Below are positions 9,796-16,831 of a stretch of DNA of 18,961 nucleotides, in pieces; the first letter of the stretch is position 1, and every line of letters starts with the position of its first letter. Made by a program: the position numbers and the translations under genes. The notes under the pieces were generated by a model. The model saw only the letters and a list, made by a program, of their open reading frames with translations. It made no database searches and was not told the origin of the DNA. Source of the stretch: Promethearchaeati archaeon (lineage in GTDB: Archaea; Asgardarchaeota; Heimdallarchaeia; Heimdallarchaeales; Heimdallarchaeaceae); NCBI GenBank assembly GCA_013166775.1, contig JABLTJ010000045.1, positions 1 to 18,961 on the forward strand. Reading direction: 5' to 3'.

Positions 9796-9970
9796 TCATC
9801 TTCTTTTCTTTTTATTCAAGTGTTCACAAAGCTATTTAGCTATTGTGCTGTTTATTCTAGTAATTCGTTATTTGATTAATGAAATTCCGACAAAAATGCT
9901 CTTATTAAAGCGTGTGCACAAGAGCACACACTTGTTTCTTTAAGTATTTACTTGAATTCTCAAGAATAGC

Positions 9971-9997
9971 AAACAAAAAAAAAGGTAAAAAAGAAAG
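9971..9997 (-). terminator. Oligo-T tract downstream of the serine hydrolase gene (archaeal-type terminator)
   Basis: Plus-strand A-rich run aaacaaaaaaaaaggtaaaaaagaaag just past the stop at 10006. Confidence 0.45.
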
Positions 9998-10005
9998 TGA
10001 AGTGT

Positions 10006-11280
10006 TTACTGAATCTTTAAAGGTTTTGTTTTATCTTTTCTTCTGTTACGAATTAAGATTAAATATGCTATGACTGTTATCGGTAGTATCACAAAGACAA
10101 ACGAACTAATTGTTTCCTCTACAAATCCTTCTTCTATTGCTTGGAAAATGAAGTCTACTGCAAGTGTAACAAACGGCCAAACACCTTCGAATATACTTGA
10201 TGTAAAAACAATTACTAAATCAAGCTCAGGAGTTATCCAGACAATTTGCTGTCCAAATCCTAATGCTAGATAAGAGTTTACTTGAGGATACACCCACCAT
10301 TGATAACCATAGCTAGCCCAATCATCAATTACTACTGGATCCTTAGTAGAATTAATTACCCATTCTTTGGGAACTAATTGATTTTCATCCCAAGTACCAT
10401 TATTTAGGTACAGAAACCCAAATTTAGCCATACTTCTAGAGTTTAACAGTAGCCCACTTCCTCCAAAAAATATGCCTTGAGGGTCTTGTTGCCATTCGAA
10501 TCTGTTTATACCTAATGGATCAAATATATGCTCTATGGCATACTGCTGGGTTGATACTCCAGTTGCATTAGTAAGTATTGCTGATAATAGATGTGAATCT
10601 CCAGAATTGTAGTTTCGAACAGTTCCTGGTTCATATTCAAGAGTTTGATTCAGTATAAACTCTACCCAATTTGTACTTGATGTCATTTTACCGAAAGTAT
10701 TTTCTGGGGAGGAGTATGGTACTTGTGATTCTCTCCAGTAGATTCCTGAAGTATGAGTTAACAGATGTTCAACAGTTATATTTTCTTTATCTATTACATT
10801 CAGAACTGATACATCTTGAAAATAATCTAGTATCTTTTGGTCAACGCTTTCAATATGTCCTTCCTCTATAGCAATACCAATTAATGCTGAAACTATGCTT
10901 TTTGTCACTGAATATACAGAGTGGAGAGTATCAAAACTATATAGTTCATTTAAGTACTCTTCAACAGTAAGATTTCCGTTCTTAACAATTAAAACACTAT
11001 CAATATCATAATTGTTTTCTTCAATGTATTCAAACATCTCATTAATTCTAGCTTCGTTTAGATTCGCTTCTTTCAAAGATGAGTATTGCCATCCATTAGT
11101 TGGCCAATAATCTCTTTCAAGATCACCTTTTACTTGTGATTGTTGGTTAAATGCTACAGAAAGAAAAATGATTAGAAAGAATAATGAGAACGTTTTTTTT
11201 GCTTCCAATAATCTCAACTCGAGAAGTAGTTCAGACTTAAGCCCTAATAAATCCTTTTTAATTAACACTTGATTTTTCAT
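10006..11280 (-). CDS. Beta-lactamase class C (AmpC)/NylB-family serine hydrolase, exported and C-terminally anchored. The true start may be TTG at 11208.
   Basis: SxxK (YSVTKS), HLLTHTSG, YNS motif, YGYQWW, ALGFGQQ, signal-like N-terminus, C-terminal TM plus RNRRK. Confidence 0.92.
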   Translation of the reverse strand: MKNQVLIKKDLLGLKSELLLELRLLEAKKTFSLFFLIIFLSVAFNQQSQVKGDLERDYWPTNGWQYSSLKEANLNEARINEMFEYIEENNYDIDSVLIVKNGNLTVEEYLNELYSFDTLHSVYSVTKSIVSALIGIAIEEGHIESVDQKILDYFQDVSVLNVIDKENITVEHLLTHTSGIYWRESQVPYSSPENTFGKMTSSTNWVEFILNQTLEYEPGTVRNYNSGDSHLLSAILTNATGVSTQQYAIEHIFDPLGINRFEWQQDPQGIFFGGSGLLLNSRSMAKFGFLYLNNGTWDENQLVPKEWVINSTKDPVVIDDWASYGYQWWVYPQVNSYLALGFGQQIVWITPELDLVIVFTSSIFEGVWPFVTLAVDFIFQAIEEGFVEETISSFVFVILPITVIAYLILIRNRRKDKTKPLKIQ

Positions 11281-11361
11281 GAAACCTGTGTTTCATTCCT
11301 CTAATGTGACACACTGACAAAAATGTTTTATACTTGATATTTTCATCTTTTACTGGACTTA

Positions 11362-11673
11362 ATGACAGATACGTGCATTACCTGCGGAAAAGAAGAGATC
11401 AATAGAGGTTGGAGTACTAAAAATAGTAAATACTGTTCATTCAGATGTTTTACAAAACATTCTGTTAGGGATCTCTTTATCTGGTCAACTGTTTTTTGTA
11501 TAGTCCTTGTACCTTCTCTTATAGGGATATTCTATTCCAATGCTCCAATAGGATTGATAACTCCATTTATAATAGCTATAACTATGTTCCCTCTACCAGG
11601 TTACATAACTGGTTTCTTTGGGATTTTTTATAATGTAAAGGATAGGTTTACTCGAACTACTCCTGATGAATGA
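11362..11673 (+). CDS. Small membrane protein with a CxxC...YCSxxC (TRASH/MYM-like) Zn finger and 2 TMs
   Basis: CITC...KYCSFRC followed by two hydrophobic helices, the same layout as the N-terminal half of the next gene. Confidence 0.8.
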   Translation: MTDTCITCGKEEINRGWSTKNSKYCSFRCFTKHSVRDLFIWSTVFCIVLVPSLIGIFYSNAPIGLITPFIIAITMFPLPGYITGFFGIFYNVKDRFTRTTPDE

Positions 11674-11721
11674 TTCCTAAAGATATTTATACACTGAGAA
11701 TCAAATTATAATTCGAGTTTT

Positions 11722-12294
11722 ATGGTAGCAAGATGTAAGATTTGTGGGAGTAGGGATGTGAATCAGAAATTCTCTCACAGATTAGATAGAAAGAGTTTGT
11801 ATTGTTCTAAAAGATGTATGAGGATGGGAATTAGGAAACATATGTTAGCTTATTCTATTTTTGTTTTCTTAACTCTTTTTTCTACTGGTGTAATTTTTTA
11901 TTTTGATGATTACCTGTCATATTTCTTCTATATCTTAATGGCTGCAGGTTTCTTAACTGCTCTGCCTTTTGCTATAATGAGTCTTAGAGGTTTCATTAAT
12001 TTCAAAGAAGAGAAGCAAAGAAAACTGTTTGAAAAGAACTATTGTATTTATTGTGGTGAAGAGCTAGAACGACCAAGTGACGCTGGACCACTAGTTTGTA
12101 TGAGATGTGGGAAGAAAACCCCAATTTGCGGAATATGTAATGGGAGAATTGAGAAAGAGGAAGAAGTTTTCAAAGCTACTCCATGTGGGCATATTTTTCA
12201 CAGGAGAGAGTTACTAGATTGGCTAGAATCGAATAATATTTGCCCAGTTTGCAAAGAAAAAATCAGTGAAGTTGATATTAATTTCAAAAAATAG
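11722..12294 (+). CDS. Membrane-anchored RING-H2-like protein (Zn finger, 2 TM, Zn ribbon, RING), putative E3 ligase
   Basis: CKIC...YCSKRC, 2 TMs, CIYC...CMRC, and RING CGIC-x15-CGHIFHRRELLDW-x6-CPVC. Confidence 0.88.
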   Translation: MVARCKICGSRDVNQKFSHRLDRKSLYCSKRCMRMGIRKHMLAYSIFVFLTLFSTGVIFYFDDYLSYFFYILMAAGFLTALPFAIMSLRGFINFKEEKQRKLFEKNYCIYCGEELERPSDAGPLVCMRCGKKTPICGICNGRIEKEEEVFKATPCGHIFHRRELLDWLESNNICPVCKEKISEVDINFKK

Positions 12295-12306
12295 ATCCTT
12301 CCTAAT

Positions 12307-13194
12307 TTAATTCGAAGTATGATTCTCTATCTCTTCTAAAATGATGTTTGCGAATGCTTCACCATGTGTATCATTCTTAAAAGGTACTGGTCTGAATTTT
12401 GATCCTGGAATAAACTGCACCATCCTTCGGACTGACTCTGTATCATGTTCTGGATCATCTTGCCCTCCAACTATTATAACAGGCGATTTAATGTCTTTCA
12501 CATTTTCTTCTTGCATCTCGTATTTAGGCATGAAAGATTCAAGTTTTTTCATCCAGTTTATTTGACTTTTTTGAAGCATTCTACTTAGCGTATGGATTCT
12601 GCTTCTTCCTGATTCTGGATCTCTTCTAAATTTAATTTTGTAAATCAAATAAACAATTGGTTTCGCGATAACGACAAACCAGTATGGTAAATACTTAGCT
12701 AAAATATTTATCTTATTATTACCTTTGTAAGTTGCTTGAGGAGATGAGTGTACTGATAGAAATGGATTGATGTTGTTTTTACTCATTGCTTCTAAAACTC
12801 CCACTGATGCTATTGAAGACCCAGTAACTACACAATTATCAAGATCTAATCCTAGCTCTTTGACAATAAGAACAAAATCTTCTCCTAAAGTGTCAACACT
12901 ATAAATGATTTGATCTGGGGGAAACGCAGAAAATTCTTTTTCTCTAGTTTCAATGAAAATCAAATTGTGATTCTTTCTTAATTTCTTAACGGAATCTCTC
13001 CACAGATAAATGTAGGAAATAAAACCGGAATAAAAAATGATCTCCTTTGTTTCTTTTGTCTCTTCATAAGGTGAAAGACACAGTACTCTTATTTTTGCTC
13101 CATTTGATAAATACATGGTTTTCTTCTTTGTTTCGTTTTCAAGCCAGTATTCCTTCTGTGGACGTCTAACCATGAAGACGAGGTTAATATTCAT
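12307..13194 (-). CDS. Alpha/beta-hydrolase fold protein
   Basis: Nucleophile elbow VVTGSSIAS, oxyanion region FYSGF, IKSPVIIVGGQDD and C-terminal His (DTHG). Confidence 0.8.
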   Translation of the reverse strand: MNINLVFMVRRPQKEYWLENETKKKTMYLSNGAKIRVLCLSPYEETKETKEIIFYSGFISYIYLWRDSVKKLRKNHNLIFIETREKEFSAFPPDQIIYSVDTLGEDFVLIVKELGLDLDNCVVTGSSIASVGVLEAMSKNNINPFLSVHSSPQATYKGNNKINILAKYLPYWFVVIAKPIVYLIYKIKFRRDPESGRSRIHTLSRMLQKSQINWMKKLESFMPKYEMQEENVKDIKSPVIIVGGQDDPEHDTESVRRMVQFIPGSKFRPVPFKNDTHGEAFANIILEEIENHTSN

Positions 13195-13239
13195 TATAAA
13201 AATTATACTTTAGGTTTAGTATAAAGAAAATGTGTAAAA

Positions 13240-13905
13240 TTAAGATTTAACCTTGGTTGGAAAACATTTCTTTAGTTCTTTTTCAAGATATTCTGTTTCC
13301 AGCATTGGAACAATAGATCTTGCTAGATTTATAATTCTATACATCTCTTGACTAGAAATTTCTTGAGCATCTTCCTCTGATTGTTCAACATATAATTCCA
13401 AAATCTTCTTTATCTCATTAGGTATGTAATCATCATTTTGTATCAATAGTTGTCTCAAACAATCTGTCTTTGGTTTAGGAACATTCCATCTTTTACTAAA
13501 AACGGTAGCCATCCTTTTCAGAACAATTTCACTTTCCTCTTTGAAATCTTCACTTGTCCAAAAATCTTTGTCCGCTTGATAAAAATAGATTATTTTTGCA
13601 GCTCGACCAAATAGAGCTTCAGTGGCTTTTTTACCTTTAGTTACTCTTTGTCCTACTTGTATGATCGCACCATGCATTTTTAATTCTTTGAGGTATCTAT
13701 ACATTGTTTTGGGAGATTTAACATTACCTGTAATCTCCTCATATTTTTCAGTTAATTCTTTCACTGTAAAAAAACCCTCCTTAAGAGCTTTTATTACTGG
13801 AGCATAATTGGTATCTGTTAAAATATCAGTAATTCGAGGATTGAAAACAATTTTAACGTCTTCAGGTTCGTAAGTTATAATATCCTCGTAATCCATTCTT
13901 ATCAA
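13240..13905 (-). CDS. Winged helix-turn-helix (ArsR-like) transcriptional regulator. The start is probably ATG at 13896.
   Basis: VIKALKEGFFTVKELTEKY...KSPKTMYRYLKELKMHGAIIQVG is a wHTH. Minus-strand TATA (tatatataag) at 13919-13928. Confidence 0.85.
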   Translation of the reverse strand: MIRMDYEDIITYEPEDVKIVFNPRITDILTDTNYAPVIKALKEGFFTVKELTEKYEEITGNVKSPKTMYRYLKELKMHGAIIQVGQRVTKGKKATEALFGRAAKIIYFYQADKDFWTSEDFKEESEIVLKRMATVFSKRWNVPKPKTDCLRQLLIQNDDYIPNEIKKILELYVEQSEEDAQEISSQEMYRIINLARSIVPMLETEYLEKELKKCFPTKVKS

Positions 13906-13965
13906 CGTATTAATTTTCCTTATATATACTGTCTTTCTTTAATTATTTAAATATTCTTACTCTTA

Positions 13966-14025
13966 TGAGATAATCGTCTCACTAAAAAAGATATGTTTAT
14001 ATATGCGCTTGAGACAATCAACTCA
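13966..14025 (+). promoter_or_regulatory. Promoter (TATA tttatata 13996-14003) flanked by two 16-bp palindromic operator-like sites
   Basis: TGAGAtaatcgTCTCA at 13966-13981 and TGAGAcaatcaACTCA at 14010-14025. Confidence 0.65.
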
Positions 14026-14071
14026 TACGGCAAGATTACACACCGTTAAATGTGAGAAAGTCAAGGAGTTG

Positions 14072-14353
14072 ATGTCGATGAGAAGCAAAATGAATGCAGT
14101 AAAACAGAACTATAAAGAGAATATTATTAGGAGTTATACTGTTCTTCAGGAAATCTATAACATGGAGTTCCAGAATGAAGACGATATCTTCACTCTCTTA
14201 AATCAACTTGGAGAGTGTTTGATGGTTCAGAACTCAGCTCCTTATAATATCAAGGATATTGAAAGGCATATAGATTACAAACTAACCTCTCGATTGCAGA
14301 GAGAAAGAGAGTTAGCTTTGTGTGAAATAGTTCTTCATAGAGGATATCTCTAG
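14072..14353 (+). CDS. Hypothetical small helical protein, about 93 aa. The start is probably ATG 14072 or 14078 rather than 14003.
   Basis: SD-like aaggag directly upstream of ATG 14072/14078. The ATG at 14003 overlaps the TATA box. Confidence 0.7.
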   Translation: MSMRSKMNAVKQNYKENIIRSYTVLQEIYNMEFQNEDDIFTLLNQLGECLMVQNSAPYNIKDIERHIDYKLTSRLQRERELALCEIVLHRGYL

Positions 14354-14400
14354 AAGAACCGATGATGGTCAAATGGCAGTAAAAAAACTGGTCATTTAAG

Positions 14401-14517
14401 ACACCTTGAGAGAAATTAGGATCAAGAACAAACGCACTATTCCGCGAAGTGAATCCTTATGATCAAGGTTCTAATTTCTCTCACCCTTCTTCTTTGGATG
14501 AAGGTGTGAAAGGAGGT
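14401..14517 (+). ncRNA. Putative structured RNA element or leader of unknown class
   Basis: 16-bp stem 14408-14423 / 14467-14482 (2 G-U pairs) enclosed by acacctt 14401-14407 / aaggtgt 14501-14507, adjacent to SD ggaggt 14512-14517. Confidence 0.45.
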
Positions 14518-14523
14518 AAAATC

Positions 14524-14652
14524 ATGTCTACTAAACCAGTAAATAAAAAGGATAAGAAGAAGAAGGAAGAAGAAATAAATGAAGATTTGCCAACTTGTAA
14601 AAACTGTACGGAAGAATCAGATAGTACTATAATCACATACAAGATTTTTTAG
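14524..14652 (+). CDS. 42-aa micro-protein, Lys/Glu-rich with CxxC (MSTKPVNKKDKKKKEEEINEDLPTCKNCTEESDSTIITYKIF)
   Basis: Strong SD GGAGGT 6 nt before ATG 14524, inside the 14449..14652 ORF. Confidence 0.55.
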   Translation: MSTKPVNKKDKKKKEEEINEDLPTCKNCTEESDSTIITYKIF

Positions 14653-14719
14653 TATCTTGAAATATCTTTTTTCTTCCGAGTTTTTATATTCTATTCTCTC
14701 CACTTTTTTTGATGATAAT

Positions 14720-15085
14720 ATGGCTTTAATTTGGGGAAATAATAAAGAATCCAGGAAGGTTTCCAAACAATCTTTCGAGGACAAAGTAATTCAGCTTTTA
14801 GAAGAGATGGGAATGATTAATATCAATTATCTTTTCAATCTCATCAAGCATTCAAGCACTCTTCTTCATGAATACCAACGAATAGCTGTTGGTCTTGAAA
14901 ATCTAATTGAAGAGGGCAAGATTACTGTTGATGAAGACAATAATTTATCCTTGACAAAAATAACTGTTCTGGAACAAGATAAACTGAAGGATCAATCAGT
15001 TTGGGAGATAGAAAAAAGAGAAAAGGAAATCCAAAGGAAAAAGGAAATAATCAAGAGATATTCGGAAATCAATTCTCTTTTGTAA
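14720..15085 (+). CDS. Hypothetical protein with a possible winged-helix-like core and charged coiled-coil tail
   Basis: ORF 14657..15085. ATG 14720 lies about 30 nt after TATA-like ttttatat. GLENLIEEGKITVDEDNNLSL resembles a helix plus wing. Confidence 0.65.
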   Translation: MALIWGNNKESRKVSKQSFEDKVIQLLEEMGMININYLFNLIKHSSTLLHEYQRIAVGLENLIEEGKITVDEDNNLSLTKITVLEQDKLKDQSVWEIEKREKEIQRKKEIIKRYSEINSLL

Positions 15086-15131
15086 AACATAGGAAATTGC
15101 CGACTTTATAAACTGAAGTTCGAATATTATT

Positions 15132-15322
15132 TTGAAGCTAGCTTTCCGAATATTAACTCCATTTATCCCCTTATACTTCTAAATTTCTTCAGCTAGCTTC
15201 TCTTTATTTTTTAAGAAGTTTTTGTGGTGTTTATATACTATGGTAACTATTCACCTTGAAGCTAGTACAAAGTCTTCATTATCTATTATCCACCCTCTTT
15301 CTTTTTACTAGCTTCTCTCTAT
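15132..15322. repeat. Two tandem homologous inverted-repeat units in a convergent intergenic region
   Basis: Unit 1 gaagctagct 15134-15143 / agctagcttc 15191-15200. Unit 2 gaagctagtacaaag 15258-15272 / ctttttactagcttc 15301-15315. Confidence 0.7.
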
Positions 15323-15342
15323 CTTTTCTTTTGATGAATAAG

Positions 15343-15624
15343 TCAACCACCAGATACAAAGGGAATTATAGATATTGTTTGATCCATCTCTACTTTTGTA
15401 TCACTCAGCTCATCATTTCTAACGTTATTTCGATCAATCTGAATTGAGTAAAAATCTCTCAATTTTCCTTCTCTATAAAGTAATTTTTCTAGTTCTTCTC
15501 CGAATTTCTTAACAAAGATGTCAATGGCTTGAGTAATAGAACTACCTTCAGGAACGTCAATACTTAATTTGGCTTCATTGGTAATAGTTCTTACTTGACC
15601 AAAACAATGTATGAAGATATTCAT
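15343..15624 (-). CDS. MoaD/ThiS/SAMP-family ubiquitin-like (beta-grasp) sulfur carrier or modifier
   Basis: 93 aa, N-terminal IHCFGQVR, C-terminal ISIIPFVSGG di-glycine. Confidence 0.92.
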   Translation of the reverse strand: MNIFIHCFGQVRTITNEAKLSIDVPEGSSITQAIDIFVKKFGEELEKLLYREGKLRDFYSIQIDRNNVRNDELSDTKVEMDQTISIIPFVSGG

Positions 15625-15663
15625 TATACTGAGATGAAATGGAAATTATTTAAATGATACTTT

Positions 15664-16221
15664 CTATCTATTTAGAAAATTCTCCTTAATTTCAATCGGA
15701 TGCCAAGGAATATTTTCAAGATTAATATCGTCTATTTCAACTCTAATATGCAAGACTTGAAGTTCTTCTTTTATAACAAATTTATCAAATAAATCAGAAG
15801 GTATTTCTTTCTCTTTTGTGAGATCGATTGAAACTACAGATTTAATCCCCATTCCTTTAACCATTTCAACATAATTAAGTGCAGAAGAGACTGTTTCTTG
15901 GCATCCAGTGGTTGCATAAGTTTCATTATCGATAACCAATATCCTGAGATTAGGTGGTTGAACGGAACCAACAGTTGCTATAGAACTTAATCCCATAAGG
16001 AAATTACCATCACCTGTGATTACAATTACTTTCTTCTTAGGTTGAGAGAGAGCTAATCCTAAACCAATCGAAACAGGTAAACCCATGCTACCTCTTAGAT
16101 ACACTTGAGGTTGAGGAAGGAGAGTATATACTTGTCTACTAACATTACCATTTGAGCTAACAATTAACTCCTTTCCAGTTAAGTATTCATCTAGTTTTTG
16201 GATTACTTCTGCTCCCTTCAT
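15664..16221 (-). CDS. comE: ThDP-dependent decarboxylase beta subunit (sulfopyruvate decarboxylase ComE or phosphonopyruvate decarboxylase-like)
   Basis: GSMGL and ThDP motif TGDGNFLM...DNETYATTGCQ. ATG 16221 overlaps the alpha-subunit stop (ATGA). Confidence 0.8.
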   Translation of the reverse strand: MKGAEVIQKLDEYLTGKELIVSSNGNVSRQVYTLLPQPQVYLRGSMGLPVSIGLGLALSQPKKKVIVITGDGNFLMGLSSIATVGSVQPPNLRILVIDNETYATTGCQETVSSALNYVEMVKGMGIKSVVSIDLTKEKEIPSDLFDKFVIKEELQVLHIRVEIDDINLENIPWHPIEIKENFLNR

Positions 16222-16724
16222 TGACTCAAAACCCCCTTCTTGACAAGGACACAAACAGGTAAAGAAGAATCGTTCATTACACTAATTGCTTGATGTAAAA
16301 TGCTTTTCCAGTTTTCTTCTTCAAGTATCCAGTAAGGAATCTGATATGCAGAAAGTACATCTTCTGTAACATCTCCCATAACTAAATGCTCGGGGAAATC
16401 TGCATCAGGTTCCAATCCTCTATAGCTTACAAACATAAGTAAGGGAATTTTGTATAGTTGAGCAAGAGAAGTAAGAGCGTCACCAATAGTAGCTAAGCCT
16501 GAATTCTGGAGAATCAAAAAGCCTACTTGTCCTCCTAAGAAATAACCACAGATAATGCCAACAGCTTCATCTTCTCGAGTAGAAGGAATGTAGTAGATTT
16601 CTGTTGATTCTTCGAGTGAAGTAAAAGTATCTTTGAAGTAGGAACAAGGAACACCTGAAGCAAGAGAAAAACCTTGATCGGAGAGAAAAGAAAGAAAATG
16701 CTCTGGAGCTATCATTACCATCAT
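16218..16724 (-). CDS. comD: ThDP-dependent decarboxylase alpha subunit (sulfopyruvate decarboxylase ComD or phosphonopyruvate decarboxylase-like)
   Basis: GVPCS, TREDEAVGI, LQNSGL, YKIPLLMFVSYRG...PEHLVMG. Confidence 0.8.
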   Translation of the reverse strand: MMVMIAPEHFLSFLSDQGFSLASGVPCSYFKDTFTSLEESTEIYYIPSTREDEAVGIICGYFLGGQVGFLILQNSGLATIGDALTSLAQLYKIPLLMFVSYRGLEPDADFPEHLVMGDVTEDVLSAYQIPYWILEEENWKSILHQAISVMNDSSLPVCVLVKKGVLSQ

Positions 16725-16831
16725 CTAAGTGTCTCAAAAGAGGTTTAAAAATGTTCTATAAATAAGTTGGGTTGAGTAATAGAGTGAAAAGAAAAGAATG
16801 TGAAATGAAAAATCGAAGAAAGGAGAATGAA

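Noticed and set aside
9825-9964. Several small hairpins in the convergent gap (cacaaagcta/tagctattgtg, gtgtgc/gcacac, cttga/tcaag)
   Set aside because: Short unrelated stems, not tRNA-like, and adequately explained as terminator-region or chance structure
4397-11280. Antibiotic-resistance island (MacB-like ABC, NTase, beta-lactamase-like)
   Set aside because: All three families are broad, with mostly non-resistance members. The genes are not one operon and there are no mobility marks.
11671-11721. Selenocysteine or stop readthrough fusing the two Zn-finger membrane genes, which are in frame and separated only by two TGA codons
   Set aside because: The spacer contains a TATA-like tttata about 30 nt before ATG 11722, the TGAs do not align with Cys motifs, and no SECIS-like hairpin was recognised
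14351-14400. Box C/D sRNA, fluoride riboswitch or pyrrolysine readthrough after the TAG at 14353
   Set aside because: Box C is imperfect with no matching D box, the riboswitch consensus is not met, and an in-frame TGA follows four codons later
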